Assembly: GCF_006345805.1 (NCBI RefSeq)
Contig: NC_043012.1
Location: 31,496,001-31,560,000, forward strand
Direction: 5' to 3'
Origin: Octopus sinensis
Taxonomy: Eukaryota
Length of the DNA stretch: 64,000 nt
Shown: positions 11,959 through 24,881 of the stretch, in pieces
Layout of the letters: each line of letters starts with the position of its first letter
Position numbering within the stretch: position 1 is the first letter of the stretch
Translations under genes and position numbers: made by a program
Notes under the pieces: model-generated
What the model was told of the DNA's origin: nothing
The model's input: only the letters and a program-made list of their open reading frames with translations
The model's database searches: none

Positions 11959-12593
11959 TAAAATGTGGTATACGATAAAAATTTCGGATATTTATCTTAA
12001 AACATTCAGACAAGAAAATTCAGATGTAGCACATGAGGTATTATTCCATGCGAATATACACATATTTATATCAAGAGTTTCATGATAAAAATATAGAAAT
12101 ATTGGGTTGTCCGGAAAGTTCGTGCCGATTTATAGTAGCTTATCTTTCGACTTATTTTAGAACATGTTTGAGTCCATAAAATAGGATTTGGCTACACCTC
12201 CATTTAGAACACAGTTTAAGCTATCTTTTCGTGGAAGAAAGTTTATGTTCCTATAACCTGTGTTAATTCTGTAACCCTTTAAAATAAAAGATGAGAAAGT
12301 TCATTTTCGGCACTTGATGCGTTGGGAACCAGACAAAAATTGCTGCAGTTCGGCTGGGATGTGTTACCCCCACCCTCCATATTCCCCAAATATTGCTCCT
12401 TCGGATTTCCACTTATTCAGGTCTCTGCAGAAAAGTCTTAATGGTAAAAATTTCAATTCCTTAGATGACGTAAAAAGATACCTTGACGAATTCTTTGCAT
12501 GGAAACCACCCCAATTCTGGGAAGAGGGTATTTTCAAGGTAAAGGAAAGATGGAGACGTATTGTGCAACGAAATGAAATGGTTCAGATTTGGT

Positions 12594-14329
12594 GATTCTT
12601 TATTACCCACTAGGGGCGACACAGAGGGGGACACCAAGAGACATGGGGACATATAACATTATAATTAAAATTTATGAAAATGAATTGTTAAACGAAAAAA
12701 TGATAAAATGAAAGCGATACCAACGGCCCCGTCCGTCAGCATCACTTACCTGTCCTTTGTTTTTCATAGTCACTTGAATGTTCTTTGCCAATACGAATAA
12801 ATTCCATATCCATTCTTACTCCGAAATACTCATCCATATTTTCCACGAATTCATCGCTCATTCTTATATCTTTCACCTCCAATTCTCCCTTTCACACCTC
12901 ACCATAACTCACCTATGTTCTTCTTTTCAATCACAGCATACCTAGTCTCACCAACATCATACCATTTATACTCTTCCATTAGACTTTTAACTTCTTTCTG
13001 TTCAGTCATAGTACAAATGTACGGCCTGATATCGATTTCAATCTCTTGTGTGTGTATTCTTTTTTTTTTTTTTCTTTGTTTTCTTGTTGGGGGGGAGCGG
13101 GTGGGTTCAATGTCTGCATGGATAGGGTGGGACTCAGAGGGCGTGGGTGGTTTTGGGGTGGATTGGAGTTCCATATTATTTTCTTTTCCACGTACTCTTC
13201 TCTTCCTCTTATTTCCAGCTTCCTTCCATTTCTGTGTATTCTCTTCCTCTGTTTCCTTCTCCTCTGGTTTCTGCTTCTCTCTCTCTGGTTCGGAATCCAT
13301 TTCTTTCCCTGGGGGAGGGCAGAAGGCTCTTATGTGACCCCTCAGGCCACACTTGTAACAACGTGGAGCCCTGCCCTCCCCCACACTCTCATGATCACGT
13401 TCTCCCAGTCTGATGCTTTCCGTCAGGTCCACCAGTACCTCGTTCTCTGCCTGTACGTTCAGCTCCACTGTTACGACCTCTCCAGCCCTCGGACTTAACC
13501 GAGGCATGGAGAATATCCACTTCGCCTCGTGGCCGCTGATCACACAGCCGCCACAATCCATTCTGCCTCCACGTTTGGTGGCACTCCCTCCACCCTTATT
13601 CGTGTAATCCTCCTGTTTAAATACGTAGGTAACAGTGTTACCTTTTCCGACTTCACCGCCTTCGCCGCCATCTTCCTCGCTGCAGATTCACTTTTAAAAT
13701 GCACAACTACGGTCCCGTACTTGGATCCTCGAGTCAGAAAATTTATTTCCTCCTCAGTTCTTCGCAGGGCTTCCTCTATCAATTCCATGGTTACAACTTC
13801 TACCCTCTTCCTTTCGTTTGCGAACACCCTGTAAATAATGGTCCTCTTATCATACCATTCTTTTCTCCTGGGTGTCGGTGATAGTTCCACCTCACCGCTT
13901 TCCTTTTTCATGTATTTCTGGTAACTTGGCAACTTGGCCATGTCGACCCCTTTCTCTTCCGCCTTCTTGGTTACACCGGCATAGGTATAACTCAGCTTCT
14001 CTTCCAAATTCCTTGCTGCCATTTCTAGCTCCTTCTCAGACGTAGACAAGTCTGATAAAGACTCGAAAACTCCAGGCTTTTCTTCCATCAGCTTCATTGC
14101 AATTGCCTGTTCCAGTTCCTCATCTGTCGTGGACAAGTCTGTTAAAGACTCATAGTCCATTTCCTTCTGTCTGACAGACCGAAAACGGCCGCCAAAACAG
14201 AAAGAGTGTAACGCGCAGAACGAGCGAAACGCGAAACCGCGTCAACGCCGTTCAGAATTTCCACAACAACAACAACGCTTTTTGTTCTTTTTTACCGAAT
14301 TTTACGAGCGTAAAAAAACACGACCGACC
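12594..14329 (-). mobile_element. ORF1-only non-LTR retroelement, copy 1
   Basis: 18 bp TSD AAATGGTTCAGATTTGGT (12576-12593, 14330-14347); frameshifted ORF1-like coding region, no RT/EN; tail ends GTGGGTAATAAAGAATC. Confidence 0.85.
12899..14160 (-). pseudogene. ORF1/Gag-like nucleic-acid-binding protein with CCHC zinc knuckle (frameshifted)
   Basis: ORFs 14160-13540 and 13561-12899; CYKCGLRGHIRAFC = C-x2-C-x4-H-x4-C, followed by a basic/Pro-rich tail; homologous to copy 2. Confidence 0.8.
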
Positions 14330-14726
14330 AAATGGTTCAGATTTGGTTCATTAAAAATGTAATGGCAAGTATTTAGTGACCTTTACTTTCCTTTAAAAAT
14401 CGGAACGAACTTTCCGGACAACCCAATATAAACATAACAATGGAATACGAATATAAGCATGAAAAATAAAAACCTAAATTGAAAGAGGCGATTAAATTTT
14501 TTTTCCTAACCTGCAGCCGTTTCAGAAAAGTGGTTGTACGAAGTATTCGAAATTCAGCCCTCCTTCCTCAACGTTCTTTCTCGAGGTAAAATCCAGCAAA
14601 AAGCATTAAGGCACTACATGTTGAGTATTCAGTTGGTGAAAGTTCAGTTTTTGAGTATCGATGAATAAGCGACTGCATAATGTTAGGCTCTTACTCTTTA
14701 CTCTTTACTCTCTTTAGGCTCTGCAT

Positions 14727-16348
14727 CCTTTCTTTATTACCCACTAGGGGCTACACAGAGGGGACGCTACACACATTGGGGACATAGAACAACACGATTA
14801 CATAGAAATGAAAGATGAATTTTGAAAATGATATTTTGAAAGTGATGCTAGCATCACTTACCTGTCCTTTAGTTATTAATCCCACACAAATGCTCCTTGT
14901 TCAGTTCCTATACAAAATCCATCCATCTCCATTCTTCTCTCAAACGACCCTTCCAAATCCCTCATGATTTTTCGACCATTCTCACTTCACTTACTTCCCA
15001 ATCCTCCCTTTCACACATTACCATAAACTCGTCCATTCGTTCCTTTTCAATTACTGCATATCTGATCGGTCCTCTGTCACACCACTGATATTCTTTCCTT
15101 GTCTTTTTAATCTTTTCTTTTCCCGTCATACATACAATGTTGGACCTGGGTTCCTTTTTTGTATCTTGGTTGTGTGTGTCTTTTCTTTTCTGTTTTCTTG
15201 TTGGAGGGGAGCGGGTGGGTTCGCTGTCTGCAGGGAGAGGGTGGGACTCAGAGGATGTGGGTGGAGTTGGGGTGGACTGGGTTTCCGTACTGTTTGCTTT
15301 TCCTCTTATTCTTCTCTTCCTCTTTTTCCTAGCATCTTCCCATTCTTTTGAAACCTCTTCTTCTGTTGTCTCTTTCTCTTCAGGTTTCTGCACTTCTTCC
15401 GCCTCTCTTTGTGCTTCCGCATCCATATCTTTCTCTGGGGGAGGGCAGTTAGCTCTTATGTGCCCTCTCAGGCCACATTTGTAACAGCGAGGAGCTCTGC
15501 CCTCCACCCACATTCTCATGATCACGCCTCCCATTCTGATATTCTCTGTTAGATTCTCTAAATACTTCATCCTCCGCTTGTACATTTAGGTCTAGCGTTG
15601 CGCCTCTCCAGCCTTCGATTTTTACCGTGGCGTGGAGGATGTCCACTTCATCTTCATGACCGCTAATTATAGCTGCCACAATCCATTCAGCTTCGACACT
15701 TGGGGGCATTCCCTCCACCCTTATTCTAGTGATCCTCCTGTTTAAGTACGAGGGAAAAAGGAACACCCTCTCAGACTTCACTGCCCTCCCCGCCACACTC
15801 TCACTCCCGAACTGCATCACCACAGTACCGCAGCTTACACCTCTTGTCAGAAATGCTATCTCCTCCTCTGCTCTTCCCAGAGCCCCCTCTATCCATTCCA
15901 TATTTACCACTTCGATCCCTCTTCCTCCGCTTACATAGACCCTGTATGCAACGGTTCCCCTCTCGTACCATTCTCTACGCTTTGGTGGCGGTGCCAATTC
16001 CACCTCACCGCCCTCCCTCCTGACAAACCTCTGGCAACATGGCAGCTTGGCCAAGTCCAACCCTCTCTCCTCCGACCCTTTAGCTACTCCAGCATAGGCA
16101 TTACCCAACTTTTCGTCCATTCTTTTTACCGCTTGCTCCAATTCCTCCTCAGACGCAGACAAGTCCGATAGGGTTTCGAACATTCTTGCCGTCTCTCCCA
16201 TTAGGGAGGGGCCGTCCCTGTCTGTCCCAACACAGACAGACAAACACCGCGCAACCGCACAACAAAAAACGTCTAACAAAACCAACGTGCAAATCAGTAA
16301 CAAAATCCAGCCCACGACTTCAAAATGAATAAGAGACAGCAAAATATG
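14727..16348 (-). mobile_element. ORF1-only non-LTR retroelement, copy 2
   Basis: 11 bp TSD AGGCTCTGCAT (14716-14726, 16349-16359); same organisation and tail as copy 1 but clearly diverged. Confidence 0.85.
14962..16201 (-). pseudogene. ORF1/Gag-like protein with CCHC zinc knuckle (one evident frameshift near 15560)
   Basis: Probable start ATG at 16201 (MGETARMFETLSDLS); YLNRRITRIRVEGMPP shared with copy 1; CYKCGLRGHIRANC. Confidence 0.8.
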
Positions 16349-16831
16349 AGGCTCTGCATTATTTTGAAGAGGATTGCCACGTTTAAATAAGAAATGAAAA
16401 TCATTAAAAATGAATGATGCAAATAAAAGAAAGTAGGAATATTCCACTCTCTACTATAGAAAAATAATTTAAGATTACAGGTTTGTGCATAAGTGTTCAT
16501 TTGATCTAATTGGACCGTATTTTCAAAAAGCTTTTATATTCTAAAATATTATATTTTAAAGTTTAAGAAAATTATAAGATGCTGAATATTTATGCTTACA
16601 ACATACTAAAATGTCTGTAATATTTTATATAGGGTGAATAAATGAATTATTGTGTCCCCTATATCTAATTTTAAAATTAGTAGTACTCCTTATATAAATT
16701 TTCCTAAGTCCGGAGCGTTAAACTAATAACATTGTTTGCTGTTTACACACCCGTCTTCGTCTTTTGTTCGTTTCTTTTGTAAATTCCAAATATATATGTA
16801 TGTATGTGTGTGTATGCATATGTGGCGTGTA

Positions 16832-16934
<103 letters not shown>

Positions 16935-17007
16935 ATTTCGCAGACAGGAACTGAAACAAATCGATCGTATATATTATATATGTATGTATATATGTAAGTG
17001 TATGTGT

Positions 17008-19707
17008 TTTGGCATTGGCAACATGAATGACAATGGACAGAGACTACTTGAATTTTGCACATACCATCACCTATGCATCACTAACACATTCTTTGCCAAC
17101 AAGACATCCCACAAGGTATCTTGGAGACATCCAAGGTCTCACCACTGGCATCAGCTGGATCTCATCATTACACGAAGACCCTTTCTGAATTCTGTTCAAC
17201 TGACTTGTAGTTACCACAGCGCGGATTGTGACAGAACATTCACTAATAAGAAGCAGGGTGAGGATTCTGCCTAAAAAGTCCATCACTCCAAGAAAATGGT
17301 CCCACCACGCATTAACACTGCCATAACCTCCGACCCTACACTGCGACAATATTTTGCTGTTTCTATCAAAGTTGCCCTCAGTAGCTGCCCAACCACCTCT
17401 GCTGAAAGTAGGTGGAATTATATCAGCTAAGCTTTGTATACCACATCAATAGATACTTTCGGCACGAGAGAAAGGCAAAACCCAGATTTTGTTCAGTGCT
17501 GGGCTCTCAGAGCTGGAAACAGTTATCGAAGCAAAGCGTGCAGCTCTGATGCAATGCAAGAGTGATTCTTCTATAAAGTCACTCGAAGAACTCAGAACGG
17601 CAAGAAATAAAACCCAACTGACTGCCAGATGCTGTGCAAATAGGTATTGGCAGGAAATCTGTCAGGGTATCAAGTCAGCTGCTGACAGTGGCGACACCCA
17701 TGGGATGTAAGCCGGTTTGAAGAAGGTCCTCGGTCCATCCGCAACCAAGTCAGCCCCTCTGAAATCAACTACTGGAGATCTCATCAAGGACCAAAGCAAG
17801 CAAATGGATAGATGGGGGAGTACTACCAGGATCTCTACTCAAGAGAGACCACGGTGGCTGAAGCTGAATCGAGGATGTCTAGATCTTGCCAGTCATCTGT
17901 GAACGTGACAGTCTGCCATCTATAGCAGAGCTCACCAAGGCTATTGACTCCCTAGCAAGTAACAAGGCTCCGAGAAAAGACGGCATCCCCTTAGAGATCA
18001 TCAAAACCGGCAAAAGCACCATCTTGCCTCGGCACATTCATGAGCTTCTGTGTCAGTGCTGGGAAGAGGGTACAGTCCCTCAGGATATGCGGGATGCTAA
18101 CATCATTACACTTTACAAAAACAAAGGTGACCGTGGTGATTGTAACAATTACAGTGGAATATCTCTTCTAAGCACTGTTGGAAAGGCCTCTGCTCGCATT
18201 ATCCTGTCCAGCCTGCAACTGCTTGCTTCTCAAATTTATCCAGAATCGCAGTGTGGCTTTAGAAGAAGCAGATCAACTATTGACATGATATTCTCCATAC
18301 GCCAACTTCAGGAGAAGTCCAGAGAGCAGAAAATGCCATTATATATAGCCTTCATTGATCTGACAAAGGCATTTGACTTGTTCAGTAGAAAAGGCCTCTT
18401 CATCCTGCTCCAAAAAATCGGATGTCCACCAAAGCTGCTGAGGATCATCACATCTTTCCATGATGATATGCAAGGCACCATACAGCACAATGGTTCAACA
18501 TCAGCCGCCTTCCAAATAAAAAATGGGGTAAAGCAAGGTTGTGTCCTTGCTCCTACATTATTTGGCATCTTCTCGCTGCTGCTGTCACATGCCTTTGTGG
18601 CATCAGATGATGGAGTGTTTCTGCACAGTAGAAGTGATGGGAAACTGTTCAATCTCTCGCGTCTGCGTGCCAAGACCAAAATCAGAAGCGTCCTGATCAA
18701 GGAGATGCTATTTCTGATGATGCCGCTCTGGTATCACTCACAGAAGAATCCCTACAAAGGCTCATCAACTGTTTTGAGCAAGAATGTGGCAACTTTGGCT
18801 TATTTATCAGCTTCAAGAAGACCAACATCATGGGTCAGGCTACATCCACCATCCCAAACATACATATTGGAGACCACAGAATACAGGAGGTGGATAAGTT
18901 TACCTATCTTGGCTCAACCGTCACCTACAACCTATCCCTTGATACTGAGCTCAATATACGCATTGGCAAGGCAGCTGGTGTGATGGCTCAACTCTCCAAA
19001 CGGGCATGGGATAACAATAAGCTGACCAAGACCACAAAAATGAAGATTTACCAGGCATGTGTACTTAGCACTCTACTGTATGGAAGTGAGAGTTGGACGC
19101 CATACACACGACATACGACGCCATACGTCGCCTAAATATCCTTCACATGCGCTGCCTCCGGAAAATCCTTCGCATTAAATGGCAGAATCATGTCCTCAAG
19201 CAAGCAGAGAATACCAAGAATGTTTACACTCCTCACACAAAGACGTATTAGATGACTTCGACATGTTAGCCGTATGGAAGATGGTAGAATCCCCAAAGAC
19301 ATACTCAACGCGAGCTTGCTAGGGGCACTAGGTCTGTGGGAAGACCGTTCTTACGATACAAGGATGTTTGCAAAAGGGACATGAATACCTGCAACATCAA
19401 TATTACCAACTGGGAAGCAGTTGCCAGCAACCGTGGAGATTGGCGACGTACCGTAAAAGAGGGAACACAAAGGAGTGACAAAGTGGGAGAGGAGAAATGG
19501 AAAGACAAGAAAAGACGTCAACAAGAAAGTATGACATTACAACCAGCCAGGCAAAGTCTTCGCTACATTTGCGGCACCTGCCAGGGGGAGTGTTTGTCCA
19601 GGATAGGACAGCAGGAGATGTATTAGGACATGAAATGTAAAAGCCGGACTAGATTATTTTATGCGCAACTCCATTGTCTTCCGAGACAAAAAGGATGCCA
19701 ACAACAA
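17008..19707 (+). mobile_element. 5'-truncated RTE-clade (BovB-like) LINE, pseudogenised
   Basis: APE remnant (NGQRLLEFC...HWHQLDLIITR...HSADCD), RT motifs (YPESQCGFR, FIDLTKAFD, GVKQGCVLAPTLF, frameshifted ADD), 3' end GGATGCCAACAACAA; flanked by a ~73-80 bp direct repeat. Confidence 0.92.
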
Positions 19708-19966
19708 TATATATGGATTTCGTAGACAGGAACTGAAACAAATCAATCGTATATATATGTATATATGTAAGTGTATGTGTGTGTCTTTGTGCCCTCTTCA
19801 CAACTGCTGTTCATTTATTTACATCCACAAGACTTGCTGGTTTCACAAGAACAAACTAATAGAATAAGTACTAGGCTTATCAACATAAAAAAGCACTAGG
19901 CTGTGTCTCATATTTTTGTTTGCCCACTCAGTTGTATCTATCAATTTATCTGTGTGTGTGTGTGTG

Positions 19967-20085
<119 letters not shown>

Positions 20086-20087
20086 AT

Positions 20088-20143
<56 letters not shown>

Positions 20144-20147
20144 ATAT

Positions 20148-20665
20148 ACTAGCAGTATCGCCCGGCGTTGCTCGGGTTTGTAAGGGAAATAACTATATAA
20201 GCATTTTTAGAGAGTTACTTCCCTTATAGATGTCAATTCGGGCTTTCTTAGCCATTTCTGTTTTGGTGTCTTCAAGCCATGAAGTCGTTGTTCTAAAAGA
20301 ACGCTGGTCTCCTTGACAACGCATTACGACATTGATTTCCTTACACTCCTTCCCCACAGCTTCACGAGGGAGGGAAGAAGGGGGAGAAGCAAACACAGGT
20401 GCAGGTGTTTGAGCGTGGACGCCAACTCCGCCGCCATCGACACACGAAAAATTATGCATTAAAATGGAATAAAAAATGATGTTAAATTATTTTTAAAATC
20501 GTAGACTCATCGTAGACGCGCGCTAATAGCCAGACGGGCTCGATATTAATCACGACTATAAGATACCCGAATTTGGTTAAACTGCACCGCAAAATGTGGG
20601 AGGAGTTAGGAATCTAAATCGAAGGGGACAGACACTCACACAACTACAGTTTTATATATATAGAT
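20148..20665 (+). mobile_element. Helitron/Helentron-type non-autonomous element (DINE/HINE-like)
   Basis: Starts ACTAGCAGTATCGCCCGGCGTTGCTCGGG (subterminal hairpin) and ends TTTTATATATATAGAT, inside (TA)n. Class call from recalled end motifs. Confidence 0.6.
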
Positions 20666-21091
20666 ATATATAAGTACACACACACATACACACACACAAA
20701 CACACACACAAACACACACACTCATTAACACAAGCACACACCCACACATTTCTATGCATACAGCAAACATACTGTTCCCTACCTATTATTACTTTATCCC
20801 TTCTCTTTCTACTATCTATTTTTGACTTCAATTCTTCTAACGGTTTTTTAAAAAAACATTCATTATCGCTTTGTTTACCATGTAGGCAATCATCGAAATT
20901 TTTGTTTGTCTTGTTGTCGAGAGAGGCTCCCTTTCTTTCCTGATGAGAAGATTGCATAATGCACCCTTTATTCCTTTGGAATGAAAACATGCTGTCTTCG
21001 AAACATGTGTCGAGAGTAAAGGAATTTTGTTAACATCTTCGTTCGACTCCATTCTTTCATTTATTCATATATATATATATACTCTCTCTCT

Positions 21092-21482
21092 CTCTTTTAC
21101 TCTTTTACTTGTTTCAGTCATTTGACTGTGGCCATGCTGGAGCACCGCCTTTAGTCGAGCAAATCGACCCCGAGACTTATTCTTTGTAAGCCCAGTACTT
21201 ACTCTATCAGTCTCTTTTGCCGAACCGCTAAGTGACGGGGACGTAAACACACCAGCATCGGTTGTCAAGCAATGCTAGGGGGACAAACACAGACACACAA
21301 ACACACACACACATACATATATATATACGACAGGCTTCTTTCAGTTTCCGTCTACCAAATCCACTCACAAGGCATTGGTCGGCCCGGGCTATAGCAGAAG
21401 ACACTTGCCCAAGATGTCACGCAGTGGGACTGAACCCGGAACCATGTGGTTGTTTAGCAAGCTACTTACCACACAGCCACTC
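21092..21482 (-). mobile_element. tRNA-derived SINE family B
   Basis: Head GGCTGTGTGGTAAGTAGCTTGC...GGTTCAGTCCCAC, internal (TG)n, tail CCAGCATGGCC.CAGTCAAATGACTGAAACAAGTAAAAGAG; many copies in the window. Confidence 0.9.
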
Positions 21483-21841
21483 CTACCCTAATAGGAGCCT
21501 TAACTCCCTGAATGGATCTTTATGAAATTTGGAAATTATATTCTAAGCATAAGGGCCATAACCCCCATGACAATTCATATATTTTTGCTGTTGATGAAAT
21601 TTTAACCATAGATATTAGACACAAATGAAGTAATATTTATAAAATTTCATCTTCTTACAAAGTTAGAATGACCCTTCTATGGGGACTTAACACCCACAAT
21701 TTTGTCATTTTATCTAAGCAAAAACGAATACAGTTGCTCAAGTTGCCACGCAGTGGACTGAACCCGCAACCATGAGGTTCGTAAGCTAGTTACTTACAAA
21801 CACAGCCCCCCCCATATATATATATATATATATATATATCT

Positions 21842-21878
<37 letters not shown>

Positions 21879-21983
21879 TTTATATAATATATAATATATA
21901 TGTGTGTGTGTATAAATATGTGTATACATACATACAGGTAGATAGAAGGTAGAAGGAAAACAGAGAGAGAGAGAGAGAGAAAG

Positions 21984-22028
<45 letters not shown>

Positions 22029-22440
22029 ACAGATAAGATCCAGATGCATTCAATATAACTTAGTAATTTTGAAATGATATCAGCTTATTCTGAAATCTTT
22101 CCGTAGGACTAAGTTCGCGGGATAAAGAGTGACTATAAAAGGAATCCAGGTGAGCAGAGATGGAGATAATGATGCAAATAAACCATATCTACTCTCCTTA
22201 GCTTTTTTGTGTCTTTATTCTCTGTACAAATTTGCTCTGTAAATATATAAATACCAATGTATTTATACTCAAATATTTTCAGTCTTTGTTTCTCTCTATT
22301 TATACGTATATGCGTATATATATTTTATATACCTGGCCCAAGTAGTTTTATTTGTTTATTGACATCATTATCCCTGTGTATCTCTCTCTTTCTCTCTCTC
22401 CCTCTCTCTCCTCTCTCCCTCTCTCTCTCTCTCTCTCTCC

Positions 22441-22480
<40 letters not shown>

Positions 22481-22724
22481 GATAGATCGTTAGCCACTAC
22501 ACACATTGTTTTTCTCTCTTTGTTTCTCTCCTTGTTTTTTCTGTCTCCCTTTTTGTAGAAGAGCGTAGGCACGAAACGTAAAAGACTCTTTCTTTTCCTG
22601 AGCGTTATACTAATACACCTGTTTGTTTTGTACACCACCTGTCTTCGTCTTTTGTTGTTTTTTTTTTTTCGTAAACTCTCCCTATATATATATATATATA
22701 TTATTAGTATACACAAAGAGGCGA

Positions 22725-23110
22725 GGCAATCATCTGAACCCGGAACCAGGTGGTTGGGAAACAAGCTTCTTACCACGCAGTTACGCCTACACACGCACAC
22801 ACAGACACGCACATACAGACACGCACACACAGACACGCACACACAGACACACACACACATACATGTATCTTTGCATGTGAGTGCGTGCTGCGCGCGTGCT
22901 CGTGTATGTGTGTGTGTGTGTGTATCTGCCTGTCTGCCTGCTTTTGCGTATGTGTTTGCCTTCCCCACCGCTTGACATTTGGGTTGGTTTATTTACGTCC
23001 CTAACGAGTGGGGCCGATAGGATAGCTGCTAGACTCATAAAAAATAAGTACTTCGATTGATTTGATAAACCAAAGCCTTCAGAATGACCGCAGTCCAATG
23101 ACTAAAACAA
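22725..23110 (+). mobile_element. Diverged SINE family B material
   Basis: Recognisable head fragment and TTTACGTCCC...ATAAGTAC...ATGACTAAAACAAG tail, interrupted by microsatellite. Confidence 0.55.
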
Positions 23111-23285
23111 GCGAAAGAAAAAGATAAACTATATCAACAGATGGTTATTGATTTTAAACAGCCCTTGAAGGTATTTTGTCATCGAATTTACTGGATAATC
23201 TCGGTTATTGGAAGTTTTTCAACTCATTTTATTAGATGTCCCGAACAGTGCTAAAGAGCAATATATGTAGAGTCTAATATATGTA

Positions 23286-23520
23286 GGCAGCGAGCTGGCA
23301 GAATCGTTAGCACGCCGGGCGAAATGCTGAGCAGTATTTCGTCTGCTGTTACGTTCTGAGTTCAAATTCCGCCGAGGTCGACTTTGCCTTTCATCCTTTC
23401 GGGGTCGATTAAATAAGTACCAGTTACGCACTGGGGTCGATATAATCGACTTAATCCGTTTGTCTGTCGTTGTTTGTCCTCTCTATGTTTAGCTCCTTGT
23501 GGGTAGTAAAGAAATAGGTA
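23286..23520 (+). mobile_element. SINE family A, full length
   Basis: GGCAGCGAGCTGGCAGAATCGTTAGC...GAGTTCAAATTCC...GGTCGACTTTGCCTTTCATCCTTTCGGGGTCG...GTGGGTAGTAAAGAAATAGGTA. Confidence 0.9.
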
Positions 23521-23759
23521 GTGTACTAGCTCATGAGACCGTATATATATGCAAGTGAGTGTAAAAAACGGAGTAGACAGTCATATTATCAAAAAAGGTT
23601 CCACTGGTGACTAAACGGTCTGTTTTTTTATTTTTCAAATAAATTATAGTCTGTGTGTGTGTGCGCGAGTGTGAGGCGAGTATGTACGAGTGTATGTGTG
23701 TGCGCGCTTGTTTATGTATGACAGTGACATCAGGAAATAAATATTTATTATTTCATTTA

Positions 23760-24036
23760 TGCGCCCTTTTCAAGCCTAGCCAGGCTCATGGGCCCGGTTT
23801 CTCGGTTTCTGTGGCGTATGTGTTCCCCACCCCAGCTGGACGGGACACCAGTCCATCGCAGCGTTACTCAAGAAACAGGAAGAGAGAGTGAGAGAAAGTT
23901 GCGGCAAAAGAATGCCGGAGCCTCGTGGAGATTTTTTTTAGGTGTTTTTGCTCAATAAACACACACAACGCCCAGTCTGGGAATCGAAACCGCGGTCGGA
24001 GGATCGCTGCCATAACCACTGGGCCATTGCGCCTCC
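23760..24036 (-). mobile_element. SINE family C
   Basis: tRNA-like head plus CGATGGACTGGTGTCCCGTCCAG (reminiscent of the V-SINE domain); matches 54937-55215. Confidence 0.85.
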
Positions 24037-24338
24037 AGGAAAAAATATATAAACAAGAATGGGATAAATAAACGTTTTTGATGTGCGATAAAGTTGCGGT
24101 CCATCCCTGCTAAACGTAATTACCGACTGACTCTCTGTCTGGTAATAAACAAGCGCGCACTCGTGCCTGTGTATGTGCCGTGCGTTTACTTCAAGTTTGT
24201 CAACCCGTCTTATTAGTGATAAGTGCATTCGTTTGTGTGAGATATCTGTATGAAAGCACGTGCGTGTCAAATTAACGAAGCAGGCAGAAAAACAAACGCT
24301 ACTACTACTACTACCACCACCACCACCACCACCTACTA

Positions 24339-24394
<56 letters not shown>

Positions 24395-24564
24395 GTTGCT
24401 GCTGCTGCTCGGGACTAGACAATAACAATGCGAAGACTGAGTCTGGGTATCAATGTCGTTGGTTGTGAGTATGTGGAACTGCTAGAAACACGGACGAGTG
24501 TAGTATTGGGATAAGAAAATAAGAAAAAGCTTAGTAAAAAATATTAAAAAAGGAGTATACTGAA

Positions 24565-24596
<32 letters not shown>

Positions 24597-24666
24597 ATCT
24601 ATCTATCTATCTACTATCTATCTATCTATCATCTCTCTCTCTTCTCTCTCTCTCTCTCTCTATATC

Positions 24667-24720
<54 letters not shown>

Positions 24721-24813
24721 ATATAATAATATATATAGGGAGAGTTTACAAAAAAAACAAAAGACGAAGACAGGTGTGCACAAAACAAACAGATGTATTA
24801 GTATAACGCTCAG

Positions 24814-24881
<68 letters not shown>

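Larger units (their letters stand above)
12102..14426 (+). mobile_element. Internally deleted mariner element (~0.57 kb without insert), interrupted by a retroelement
   Basis: TIRs TTGGGTTGTCCGGAAAGTTCGT / ACGAACTTTCCGGACAACCCAA flanked by TA; transposase remnant HPPYSPNIAPSDFHLFRSL (YSPDLAP motif) at ~12360-12570. Confidence 0.9.

Noticed and set aside
13500-13561. Programmed frameshift between the two ORF1 segments
   Set aside because: Copy 2 reads through this region and breaks elsewhere (~15560); the shifts are independent decay.
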